NCBI GenBank assembly: GCA_050285825.1 | Contig: JBNNED010000097.1 | Span: forward strand, 1-25,096 | Length of the DNA stretch: 25,096 nt | Source of the DNA: Verrucomicrobiales bacterium | GTDB taxonomy: Bacteria; Verrucomicrobiota; Verrucomicrobiia; Verrucomicrobiales; Akkermansiaceae | Direction of reading: 5' to 3' | In this document: positions 1-8,041 of the stretch, piece after piece | How the letters are laid out: each line of letters opens with the position of its first letter | Numbering within the stretch: position 1 is the stretch's first letter | The notes under the pieces: model-generated | Seen by the model: only the letters and a program-made list of their open reading frames with translations | Told to the model about the DNA's origin: nothing | Database searches by the model: none | Position numbers and translations under genes: made by a program

Positions 1-194
1 AATACCTCATCCTCGGCTGCAAGGCCCGCGCGGCTCTGCGCGGCTCCTACATGGCCAGCCTAGAAGACATTGAAGCCGTCGCCCAGGCCGTCCTCGCCCA
101 CCGCGTCCTCACCAACTTCGCCGCCGAATCCCAAGGCATGACCTCCAAAAAAATCGTCGCCCGCCTCGTCGAAGAAATGGGAGAGGAAGACTAA
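1..194 (+). CDS. MoxR-family AAA+ ATPase, C-terminal fragment (5' end outside window)
   Basis: Frame starting at nt 3 reads YLILGCKARAALRGSYMASLEDIEAVAQAVLAHRVLTNFAAESQGMTSKKIVARLVEEMGEED* (TAA 192-194). This matches the MoxR lid region (..KARA.L.G.......DI..VA..VL.HR...NF.AE..G), and DUF58 and BatA genes follow, as is typical. Confidence 0.9.
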   Translation, partial: YLILGCKARAALRGSYMASLEDIEAVAQAVLAHRVLTNFAAESQGMTSKKIVARLVEEMGEED

Positions 195-252
195 GAGACT
201 GTCAGATATCCAGAGACCAGAACCCAGAAACCAGAACCCAGAGCAGGTCAGA
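195..252 (+). repeat. Heptamer tandem array (NNCCAGA) upstream of four-helix-bundle gene 1
   Basis: CAGA recurs at 211, 218, 225, 232 and 239 (exact 7-nt period), with looser copies at 203 and 249: atccaga gaccaga acccaga aaccaga acccaga. Confidence 0.9.
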
Positions 253-623
253 ATGACGGCAAGTTCTCACAATTATGAACATTTGGAAATTTGGAAACGC
301 TCATGCCGTCTGGCCGTGACACTTTGCAGTGCTCTCAACACAGCACAACCCTACGCCTACGTGACCAAATCCAAAAATCCGTTATCTCCATACCTTCCAA
401 CATCGCAGAGGGTGCAGATCGCCCCAGCACCCCGGACTTCCTACGTTTTTTGGGCTACAGCCGAGCATCATGCGCCGAACTCCGCACATAATTACTGATA
501 TTCAAAGAAGTGAGCCGAAAACTCAACCAGACTCCTGACTTAGACCTCAATGCAATGATCCGAGAAGCTCACGAACTTTCAAAAATGATTCAAAGTTTTG
601 CAAACCAGCTTACCAAGAATTAA
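253..623 (+). pseudogene. Four helix bundle protein (23S rRNA IVP / TIGR02436-like), disrupted
   Basis: The N-terminus [21 protein letters not shown] (ORF 253) shifts frame near 355-360 (tac gcc _ta cgt gac, one base missing from YALRD) into [43 protein letters not shown]. An in-frame TAA at 489-491 falls where the family has Q (CAA), and the frame then continues LLIFKEVSRKLNQTPDLDLNAMIREAHELSKMIQSFANQLTKN* to 623. Confidence 0.88.
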
Positions 624-645
624 CACCGCAGACCCAGCGTTCGCC

Positions 646-677
646 ACTCTGGCCTCTGAACTCTGGTTTCTGGTCTC
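646..677 (-). repeat. Inverted heptamer array (TCTGG units) downstream of four-helix-bundle gene 1
   Basis: TCTG recurs at 648, 655, 662 and 669. tctggtttctgg (662-673) is the exact reverse complement of ccagaaaccaga (224-235), and ttctggtctc (668-677) is the exact reverse complement of gagaccagaa (213-222). Confidence 0.88.
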
Positions 678-685
678 TTTAAAGA

Positions 686-1570
686 ATGAAATACAAATTC
701 CTAGATAGCGAGGTTCTCGCCCGCCTGGGGGCCTTGCCCCTCGAATCCCGGCACTCCATGATCGGGAACGTGGCCGGGCGCCACCGCTCGCCGCACCGTG
801 GTTCCTCGGTCGAATTCGCGGAATACCGCAAATACGTCCCGGGCGACGACACCCGGCGGCTCGACTGGAAGGCTTTCGCGCGCTCGGACCGCTTCTACAT
901 CAAGGAATTTGAAGCCGACACCAACCTGCGCGCCTACTTCGTCGTCGATTCCTCCGGTTCCATGGACTTTCACTCGGAAGAGCACCCGACGAAAATCCAC
1001 TTCGCAAATCAACTCGCCGCCACCCTCGCCTACCTCATCGTCAACCAAGGCGACGCCGCCGGTCTCTCCGTCTGCAACGACCGCCTCCACCTCGACATCC
1101 CTCCCTCCCGTCGCCCCGCCCAGCTCCAGCACATCTTCGACTCCCTCGAAATGGTCGAACCGCGCGGAGAAACCGGCATCATTCCCGTCCTCCATCAGAT
1201 CGCCGAGAAAATCCAGCAACGCGCCCTCGTCATCATTCTCTCCGACCTCTTCACCGACCCCGAAGAGCTCGGCGACGCCCTCCAGCACCTGCGCTTCCGC
1301 AAGCACGACATCGCCGTTTTCCACCTTCTCGACCCCCAGGAAGTCTCCTTCCACTTCGAGCGCCCCCACCGCTTCGTCGACCTCGAAGACGGCACCACCA
1401 TCGTCGCCGAACCCAACCTCATCGTCGATGAATACCACCAGGCACTCAACGACTTCCTCGCCGCCGTCGAAAAAAAATGCCACGACGTCCACGCCGACTA
1501 CCACCTCCTCCAAACGAACCAAAACTACGAAGAAATCATCTCCAATTTCCTCACGAACCGCCTTCACTGA
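686..1570 (+). CDS. DUF58 domain-containing protein (MoxR-associated, vWA-like)
   Basis: Motifs G.HRSPHRGSSVEFAEYRKYVPGDDTRRLDWKAFARSDRFYIKEFEADTN, VDSSGSM and ILSD; position downstream of MoxR. Confidence 0.95.
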   Translation: MKYKFLDSEVLARLGALPLESRHSMIGNVAGRHRSPHRGSSVEFAEYRKYVPGDDTRRLDWKAFARSDRFYIKEFEADTNLRAYFVVDSSGSMDFHSEEHPTKIHFANQLAATLAYLIVNQGDAAGLSVCNDRLHLDIPPSRRPAQLQHIFDSLEMVEPRGETGIIPVLHQIAEKIQQRALVIILSDLFTDPEELGDALQHLRFRKHDIAVFHLLDPQEVSFHFERPHRFVDLEDGTTIVAEPNLIVDEYHQALNDFLAAVEKKCHDVHADYHLLQTNQNYEEIISNFLTNRLH

Positions 1571-1608
1571 AGACGGAAATACGAAAAACTAAGTTACGAA
1601 ATTCTAAA
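1571..1608 (+). repeat. Degenerate heptamer array (..AC[G/T]AA units) upstream of four-helix-bundle gene 2
   Basis: gacggaa atacgaa aaactaa gttacgaa attctaa; the array abuts the ATG at 1608. Confidence 0.7.
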
Positions 1609-1976
1609 TGCCTTCGGACACCAAACAGTTTGATTTGGAAGAACGCACATTTCAGTTTGCCCTGAAAGTGCGGCAAATCGTTGCAAAGCACGATTGGAGC
1701 CGTGAACATTGGAAAGACCTCGACCAAATCATCCGCTCCTCAGGGTCAATAGGGGCAAACTACATCGAAGCAAACGACGGCCTCTCGAAACAAGATTTCA
1801 TCTATCGCATAAAAATCGCCAAAAAAGAAGCCAAAGAGACTCGCTATTGGGCAAGACTTCTTGGAGCCGCCAATCAGGAGCCAGTCACCAGCGAGTTCAG
1901 AGCTATTTATCGCGAAGCCGACGAACTCATGCGAATCCTTGCAACCGTCCTCAAAAACTACCAGCGTAACTCTTAA
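1608..1976 (+). CDS. Four helix bundle protein (23S rRNA IVP / TIGR02436-like), intact
   Basis: 122 aa with DLEERTFQFA...QIIRSSGSIGANYIEAND..SKQDFIYRIKIAKKEAKETRYW..L...E..EL..IL..., the signature of this family. Visibly more AT-rich than the flanking genes. Confidence 0.93.
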   Translation: MPSDTKQFDLEERTFQFALKVRQIVAKHDWSREHWKDLDQIIRSSGSIGANYIEANDGLSKQDFIYRIKIAKKEAKETRYWARLLGAANQEPVTSEFRAIYREADELMRILATVLKNYQRNS

Positions 1977-2026
1977 ACTTTGATGAGAGAACTTTAGAAT
2001 TTAGCATCTTATCATTTAGACTTTCG
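1977..2026 (-). repeat. Inverted heptamer array (TTAG/TTCG units) downstream of four-helix-bundle gene 2
   Basis: TTAG at 1994, 2001 and 2016, TTCG at 2023 (roughly 7-nt period). tttagaattt (1993-2002) is the exact reverse complement of aaattctaaa (1599-1608). Confidence 0.78.
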
Positions 2027-2031
2027 ACCAC

Positions 2032-4074
2032 GTGACCTTCCTCAATCCATTCCTCCTCTACGGCCTGCTCGCCGTGAGCATCCCCATCATCATCCACCTG
2101 CTCAACAGGCGGCGCTTTCGCACGGTGAAATGGGGAGCGATGCAATTTCTCCTCAAAGCCTCCCAGGAATCCCGCGGCAAAAAACGCCTCAAACACATCA
2201 TCATCCTCGCCTGCCGCGCCCTCGCCATCGCCGCCCTCATCTTCGCCATCTCCCGCCCGCTCGTCGGCGGACTCCTCGGCTGGGGTGGTGGCAGCCTCGA
2301 CACCGTCATCATCATCCTCGACCGCTCCGCCAGCATGGAACTCCGTGCGGGCGACGCCCAGGCATCTCTGCGCGAAAGCTCTCTGACCCGGCTCACTGAA
2401 GCGGCGGGCGAGATCAAGGCCGGGCAAGTTCTCTTTCTCGACAGCGCCACCGGCGAGATCCAGGACATCCCGGATCTCTCCGCCCTCCCGCTCCTTTCCA
2501 CCACCGCGCCCACCTCGACCCAGGCCAACATCCCGGCCCTCCTCAACACCGCCATCGATCACCTCGCCGGCGCCCAGGCAGGCCGCAGCGAAATCTGGCT
2601 CGCTTCCGACCTGCAGGAAGCCGATTGGAAAGCCGCCGACAACCAGTGGGAGGCCATCCGCTCCGGCCTCGCCAACCTCCCCAGCCCGCCGAAACTCCGC
2701 ATCCTCACCGCCTCGCCCTCCGCACAGAGCAACAACCAATCTCTCGAACTCCTCTCCGCCCGACGCAGCGGAGACGAGCTCCTTCTCGACCTCCGCCTCA
2801 CCCGCCGCCAGGACCAGGGACAGGCCACGCTGCCGCTCACTTACGTCCTCAATGGTGCCCGCTCCGCCGAACGAATCACCATCAGCGGCCAGGATCTTCG
2901 CTTTCAAAAACGCCTCCAACTCCCCGCCGAACCCGCCTCCGGCCACGGCTGGATCGCCCTGCCCGCCGACCACAACCCGCAGGATAACGAAGTTTTCTTC
3001 GCCTACGGCCCGCCCGAGCCCATCCAGAGCTACCTCGTCACGAGCCAGCCCGGCCCCAGCGCCGAAGCCCTCGCCAAAGCCGCCGCCCCTCCGGATTACG
3101 CCCGCCAGGATTGCCAAATCCTCCAGCCCGCCCAAGCCCAGGAGATCGACTGGCAACGCGCCTCCCTCATCATCTGGCAGGCCCCGCTGCCCACGGGCGA
3201 GCTCGCGACGCGACTACGCGAATTCATCGCCAAAGGCGGCTCGTTCCTCGCCCTTCCGCCGGGAGCGAGCGAAACCGCTTCCGACGCCTCCTTTCTCGGT
3301 CTCTTCTGGGGAGCGCTCCAGAAGTCGCCCGCCGACCAATACTTCATCACCGGCTCCTCCCTGCGCGATGACGGCCCGTGGCAAGACGGCGCCAACGGCA
3401 CGCCTCTGCCCCTCGACAAACTCCAGGCCATCCAACGACGCGAAATCATCGGCGAAGCGGCCGTTCTCGCCGAGTGGGACGACAACAGCCCCCTTCTTCT
3501 TCGCCAGATCGAAGGTCGCGGCAGCGCCATTTTCCTCAACACCCTGCCCGACTACCAATGGTCGAATCTCGAACACACCGCGCTCCACCTCGTCGCCATC
3601 CAGCGCCTCCTCGCCCTCGGTAACGAACGCCTCCACGACGACCACCGCGCCCTCGCCGGCACCCCCGCCGCCCACCCCGGCCCCGGAGAAAGCGCGCAAC
3701 GACTCGACGAAGCTCGCGAAGCCGATCCCGCCAACGCCCCTTACCTCGCTGGCGTTTACCGCTTCGGCGAACGCCTCGTCGCCCTGAACCGACCCGAAAG
3801 CGAGTCCTCCCTCGAGCGGCTCGACCGCAGCAAACTCAATCAACTCCTCGACGGCACCGAGCATTCTCTCTTCGAAGAAAACGCCCAAAGCGACTCCTCT
3901 CTCGTCCAGGAAATCTGGCGCGCCTTCCTCATCGCCATGATTCTCTTTCTCCTCGCCGAAGCCCTCCTTTGCCTGCAACCTAAAACCGCCAGCCGTGCAG
4001 TGGGTAAAATGCCCTCTGGGTACTTCCAGCCCGCTGGCAAACAACCATTAACAAATAACCAATCACCCCATTGA
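2032..4074 (+). CDS. BatA-domain (N-terminal double-transmembrane) membrane protein with vWA-like region
   Basis: GTG start. MTFLNPFLLYGLLAVSIPIIIHLLNRRRFRTVKWGAMQFL is the canonical BatA N-terminus, followed by ILDRSASM (MIDAS-like) and a C-terminal TM segment (EIWRAFLIAMILFLLAEALL). Confidence 0.92.
   Translation: MTFLNPFLLYGLLAVSIPIIIHLLNRRRFRTVKWGAMQFLLKASQESRGKKRLKHIIILACRALAIAALIFAISRPLVGGLLGWGGGSLDTVIIILDRSASMELRAGDAQASLRESSLTRLTEAAGEIKAGQVLFLDSATGEIQDIPDLSALPLLSTTAPTSTQANIPALLNTAIDHLAGAQAGRSEIWLASDLQEADWKAADNQWEAIRSGLANLPSPPKLRILTASPSAQSNNQSLELLSARRSGDELLLDLRLTRRQDQGQATLPLTYVLNGARSAERITISGQDLRFQKRLQLPAEPASGHGWIALPADHNPQDNEVFFAYGPPEPIQSYLVTSQPGPSAEALAKAAAPPDYARQDCQILQPAQAQEIDWQRASLIIWQAPLPTGELATRLREFIAKGGSFLALPPGASETASDASFLGLFWGALQKSPADQYFITGSSLRDDGPWQDGANGTPLPLDKLQAIQRREIIGEAAVLAEWDDNSPLLLRQIEGRGSAIFLNTLPDYQWSNLEHTALHLVAIQRLLALGNERLHDDHRALAGTPAAHPGPGESAQRLDEAREADPANAPYLAGVYRFGERLVALNRPESESSLERLDRSKLNQLLDGTEHSLFEENAQSDSSLVQEIWRAFLIAMILFLLAEALLCLQPKTASRAVGKMPSGYFQPAGKQPLTNNQSPH
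3993..4036 (+). repeat. REP-like palindromic element, long form (copy 1), inside the BatA CDS 3' end
   Basis: ccgtgcagtgggtaaaatgccctctgggtacttccagcccgc (3993-4034) is identical over 42 nt to 23479-23520. Confidence 0.9.
4043..4070 (+). repeat. Orphan heptamer array (AACCAAT-type)
   Basis: aaccatt aacaaat aaccaat cacccca; encodes the last BatA residues and abuts the TTG start at 4071. Confidence 0.65.
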
Positions 4075-6308
4075 TCTCCTTCAACGTCAGCTCCCTCCAC
4101 TTCCAGGCCAGCCCGCTCGTGCTCGCTCTCGCCATCCTCGGCCTTCTCGCCGGGGCGGCGCTCTGCTTCACCGCCTGGCGCCGCGCGCTCCGACCCAAGC
4201 GCACGGGAGCTCTCGAACTCCTCCGCTTCCTCATCATCCTCCTCGTCGCCCTCCTCCTCCTCCGTCCCGAATGGCGCACGACGAGTGACTCCGACCTGCA
4301 ACCGGAAATCGCCATCCTCTGGGACGACTCCAAATCCATGAGCACCGAGGACGCCCGCGTCCCCGCGCTTTTCTCCCCCGATCAGCTTGTCACCAGCCGC
4401 GCCGAGCTCCTCCATCAAATTCTCTCCACCGAGTTCTGGAAACCCTTCGAGGAAAACGACAAAAACCGCGTCCGCCTCACCCCCTTCGCCACCCCTGACG
4501 AAAACCTCAGCCCCGAACAAGCCGCCCTCACCGGCACCGACCTCGACACCGCCCTCACCGACGCCCTCGAAGCATCCCAAAATCTCCGCGCCGTCATCCT
4601 CCTCTCCGATGGCGACTGGAATCTTGGCTCTTCACCCGTCTCCGCCGCCCAAAAACTCAGCCTCCGCGACATCCCCCTCTACACCCTCCCCCTCGGCAGC
4701 GAGCAACGCCTCCCCGACCTCTCGCTCGAATCCGTCACCGCCCCCACCTACGGCATCGTCGGAGAAAACGTGCAAATCCCCTTCACCATCCATTCCTCCC
4801 TCCCCCAGGACACCCGCACCATCATCCGCCTCCGCAGCGAAAGCGGCCAGGAACGCAGCAAGCAAATCACCATTCCCGCCAACACGAGCTACCACGACTC
4901 CATCCTCTGGCGGATTGAAAAAGAAGGCAGCTCCGAGCTCAACCTCTCCTTCCCCGTCGCCCGCGGCGAACTCCTCTCCACCAATAACAACCAGGAATTC
5001 AGCCTCAGCGGTCGGCCCGAATCGATCCGCGCGCTCGTCATCGAAACCCTCCCCCGCTGGGAATACCGTTTCATCCGCAACGCCCTCTCCCGCGACCCCG
5101 GCGTCCAGGTCGACTGCCTTCTCCTCCACCCCCAGATCGGCCCGGGAGACGGCCCCGATTACATCGCCAAATTCCCTGAAACACCCGAAGAACTCCAGAA
5201 ATACGACGTCATCTTCCTCGGCGACATCGGCATCGGACCCGACCAACTCACCGCCGAGCAAACAACCCTTCTCAAAGGTCTTGTCGAGAACCAGGCCAGC
5301 GGTATCGTCTTCATCCCCGGCCCCCAAGGCCACACCTTCTCCCTCCTCGGCCACCCCCTCGCCGAGCTCCTCCCCGTCACCCTCGACCCCAAGGAGAAAA
5401 ACGGACTCACCGAGCTCACTCCATCCCCGCTCGAACTCACCGAGGAAGGCCGTGGCTCGCTGCTCACCATGCTGGGCGACAGCGAAGAGGACAATCCCCT
5501 CATCTGGAAATCCCTTCCCGGCTTCTACTGGTCCGCCCCCGTCCTCAAGGCCAAATCCGGCTCCGAAGTCCTCGCCGTCCACGCCAACCGCCGCAACGAA
5601 AACGGTCGCATCCCCCTCATCACCACCAGCCGCGCCGGCACCGGCAAAGTCCTCTTCATGGGCATCGACGCTGCCTGGCGCTGGCGCAGAGGCGTGGAAG
5701 ACCTCTACCACTACCGCTTCTGGGGACAAGTCGCCCGCTGGATGTCCTACCAGCGCAACATGGCAGCCGGACAAAAAATCCGCCTCCACTACACCCCGGA
5801 GCGCCCCAAGCCCGGCGACACCCTCACCTTGAATGCCAACGCCTTCGACGCCAACGGCGCGCCTCTCCAGGACGGCGCCCTCCTCCTCAACATCACCCCG
5901 CCCGGGGGCACGCCCCAGCGCCTCGAACTCCAAAAAGACAACGCCACCTGGGGTTCCTTCCTCGGCACATTCAAGATCACCAAACCCGGCACCTGGAAAC
6001 TCGAAGCCCAGAACCCAGACGATCCCGATAGCACCATCAGCGCCACCCTCATCGCCCAGGGCACCGAACTCGAAAAAACCGGTCAACCGGCCCGCCCCGA
6101 CACCCTCGCCGAGCTCTCCCGCATCACCAAAGCCAAACACCTGACGCCCGCCCAGCTCGAAGACCTCGTCGCCGAAATCAACACCCTTCCCCAGCCCCGC
6201 CCGGTCATCGACACCCTCCCCCTCTGGTCGCACTGGCTCACCGCCCTCACCCTCACCCTCCTCCTCTCCCTCTTCTGGATCGGCCGCAAACTCAACGGCA
6301 CTTTTTAA
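4071..6308 (+). CDS. Membrane protein with vWA-like and putative glutamine-amidotransferase-like domains (MoxR/BatA operon)
   Basis: Two N-terminal TM helices, then LWDDSKSM, LLSDGDWN, ETLPRWEYRFIRNAL.RD, YDVIFLGD and WRWRRGVED.YHYRFWGQ.ARW, plus a C-terminal TM (PLWSHWLTALTLTLLLSLFWIGRKLNG). This is the usual partner of BatA in PVC bacteria. Confidence 0.82.
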   Translation: MISFNVSSLHFQASPLVLALAILGLLAGAALCFTAWRRALRPKRTGALELLRFLIILLVALLLLRPEWRTTSDSDLQPEIAILWDDSKSMSTEDARVPALFSPDQLVTSRAELLHQILSTEFWKPFEENDKNRVRLTPFATPDENLSPEQAALTGTDLDTALTDALEASQNLRAVILLSDGDWNLGSSPVSAAQKLSLRDIPLYTLPLGSEQRLPDLSLESVTAPTYGIVGENVQIPFTIHSSLPQDTRTIIRLRSESGQERSKQITIPANTSYHDSILWRIEKEGSSELNLSFPVARGELLSTNNNQEFSLSGRPESIRALVIETLPRWEYRFIRNALSRDPGVQVDCLLLHPQIGPGDGPDYIAKFPETPEELQKYDVIFLGDIGIGPDQLTAEQTTLLKGLVENQASGIVFIPGPQGHTFSLLGHPLAELLPVTLDPKEKNGLTELTPSPLELTEEGRGSLLTMLGDSEEDNPLIWKSLPGFYWSAPVLKAKSGSEVLAVHANRRNENGRIPLITTSRAGTGKVLFMGIDAAWRWRRGVEDLYHYRFWGQVARWMSYQRNMAAGQKIRLHYTPERPKPGDTLTLNANAFDANGAPLQDGALLLNITPPGGTPQRLELQKDNATWGSFLGTFKITKPGTWKLEAQNPDDPDSTISATLIAQGTELEKTGQPARPDTLAELSRITKAKHLTPAQLEDLVAEINTLPQPRPVIDTLPLWSHWLTALTLTLLLSLFWIGRKLNGTF

Positions 6309-6328
6309 TTCATTCGCCAAACATTCTC

Positions 6329-6898
6329 ATGAAAAAAGGCCTCATCCCGCTTCTCTCCGGCATCTTCCTCTTTTTCTTCTCCTTCTTCATCCTCCCCTTC
6401 TTCGCCCTCTGGCCCTTCTTCAAAAACATCGGCTCGGACGAGCGCTTCGAGCTCCCCGGCGTCCACGAAGCGAAGCTGGAAGAAGCAGGCAAATACGTCC
6501 TCTGGGAGCATTACGACGGCCTCCACGAGAACGTCAGTTTCCAACACGACGAGCCCCTGCCCGCTGACTGGCACTTCGAAGTCCTCGACGCCTCCGGAGA
6601 GGTTCTCGCCCTGACCGAAGACCGCAGCACCAGCAGCAGCGTCAACGAGCGCGTCACCAAACGCTCGCTCGCCACCTTCGAAATCGCCGAACCCACCACC
6701 GTGCGCATCCAAGTCGTCTCCGATGACTCCCCCCGTTTGTTTTCTCTGAAAAAATCGATCTTCGACGGCTTCGTCAAAAACTTCCTCGGCGTCGTCATCT
6801 CAATCATCCTCCTCAGTCTCCTCAGCCTCATCCTCGCCATCTACGGCCTCGTCAAACTCACCCAAAGCCCCAAATCCCCTCCAATTCCTAATTCCTAA
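6329..6898 (+). CDS. Hypothetical membrane protein (N- and C-terminal TM helices)
   Basis: 189-aa ORF with host-like C-ending codons and hydrophobic stretches at both ends. Confidence 0.75.
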   Translation: MKKGLIPLLSGIFLFFFSFFILPFFALWPFFKNIGSDERFELPGVHEAKLEEAGKYVLWEHYDGLHENVSFQHDEPLPADWHFEVLDASGEVLALTEDRSTSSSVNERVTKRSLATFEIAEPTTVRIQVVSDDSPRLFSLKKSIFDGFVKNFLGVVISIILLSLLSLILAIYGLVKLTQSPKSPPIPNS

Positions 6899-6910
6899 TT
6901 CCGCATTCCC
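6883..6910 (+). repeat. Orphan heptamer array (AATTCCT-type) spanning a stop codon
   Basis: aattcct aattcct aattccg cattccc; the TAA at 6896-6898 lies inside the array. Confidence 0.8.
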
Positions 6911-6934
6911 ACCTCCATCATCCTCGCCCCGACC

Positions 6935-7957
6935 ATTGCCAACCTCCGTCTTGTCGGCCTCGGCCTCGGCTTCGCAGAAGTCCGGGTTGCCGCCGCCGCC
7001 CGGGCCGATCATGCCGATGACTTCCTGGAATGGATCGCCGATGGAAAGCACGGAGAAATGGCCTGGCTCGAAAAAAACCCGGAGCGCCGCTGTGATCCCC
7101 GCGAGGTCCTCCCCGGCTGCCGCAGCGTCATCACCCTCGGCCTCAACTACTTCCCCGGCTACGCCCACCCGAACCCGGCCTACCGCATCGCCCGCTATTC
7201 CTGGAATGAGGACTACCACGATCTCATCGGCGACAAACTTAAGGATCTCGATCTCGCCCTCCAGGACATGGGCGGCCAACAACGCTACTACGTCGACACC
7301 GGCCCCGTCCTCGAACGCGATTTCGCCAGCGCCTCCGGCCTCGGCTGGAATGGCAAATCCTGCGTGCAGATTCACCGCAAGCTCGGCCCCTGGCTCTTCC
7401 TCGCGGAAGTCCTCACCACCCTCGAGTTCCCACCCGACCAAGCCTCCCGCGATTACTGCGGAAAGTGCACCGCCTGCCTCGACGCCTGCCCGACCCAGGC
7501 CATCACCGCCCCCCACCAGCTCGACGCCCGCCGCTGCATTTCCTACCTCACCATCGAAAATCACGGTCCCATCCCCGAGGAATTCCGCCGCGCCATTGGC
7601 GACCACCTTTACGGCTGCGACGACTGCCTCGCGGTCTGCCCCTGGAACCGTTTCGCCCAAAAATCGCGCCAATCCCAGTTCCACGCCCGCACGGAAATCT
7701 TCGCCCATTCCCTCACCGACTTTCTCGCGCTCAATGACGAGGCCTTCCGTCGCCTCTTTAAAAAATCCCCCATCAAACGCCTCAAACTCCCCCGCTTCCT
7801 CCGCAACGTCTGCGTCGTCCTCGGCAACACCGGCACTCCGGATGACCTCCCCTCCCTCGAAAAAGCCGCCCAGCACCCCGATCCCCTCATCGCCGAACAC
7901 GCCAGCTGGGCCATCGCCGAAATCAAGCGCCGCCACGCAAAAATCGCGCCTTTATAA
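6935..7957 (+). CDS. queG: Epoxyqueuosine reductase QueG (start uncertain)
   Basis: YVDTGPVLERDFASASGLGWNGK, CGKCTACLDACPT, RCISYLTIE and YGCDDCLAVCPWN. Homology extends upstream of the ATG at 7058 (LGFAEVRVAAAARADHADDFLEWIADGKHGEMAWL); 6935 is an in-frame ATT given as a provisional start. Confidence 0.93.
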   Translation: MANLRLVGLGLGFAEVRVAAAARADHADDFLEWIADGKHGEMAWLEKNPERRCDPREVLPGCRSVITLGLNYFPGYAHPNPAYRIARYSWNEDYHDLIGDKLKDLDLALQDMGGQQRYYVDTGPVLERDFASASGLGWNGKSCVQIHRKLGPWLFLAEVLTTLEFPPDQASRDYCGKCTACLDACPTQAITAPHQLDARRCISYLTIENHGPIPEEFRRAIGDHLYGCDDCLAVCPWNRFAQKSRQSQFHARTEIFAHSLTDFLALNDEAFRRLFKKSPIKRLKLPRFLRNVCVVLGNTGTPDDLPSLEKAAQHPDPLIAEHASWAIAEIKRRHAKIAPL

Positions 7958-8041
7958 ATCAGCTCTCATTTTCTCATCGAAGAATTGATGGGAATGCCGC
8001 CGTTTCGCGTTATATTGAATGTGAATCATTCCGCCAATGCC

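Noticed and set aside
253-1976. Diversity-generating retroelement suggested by Avd-like four-helix-bundle proteins
   Set aside because: No reverse transcriptase and no TR/VR repeat pair with adenine-specific mismatches seen in the window.
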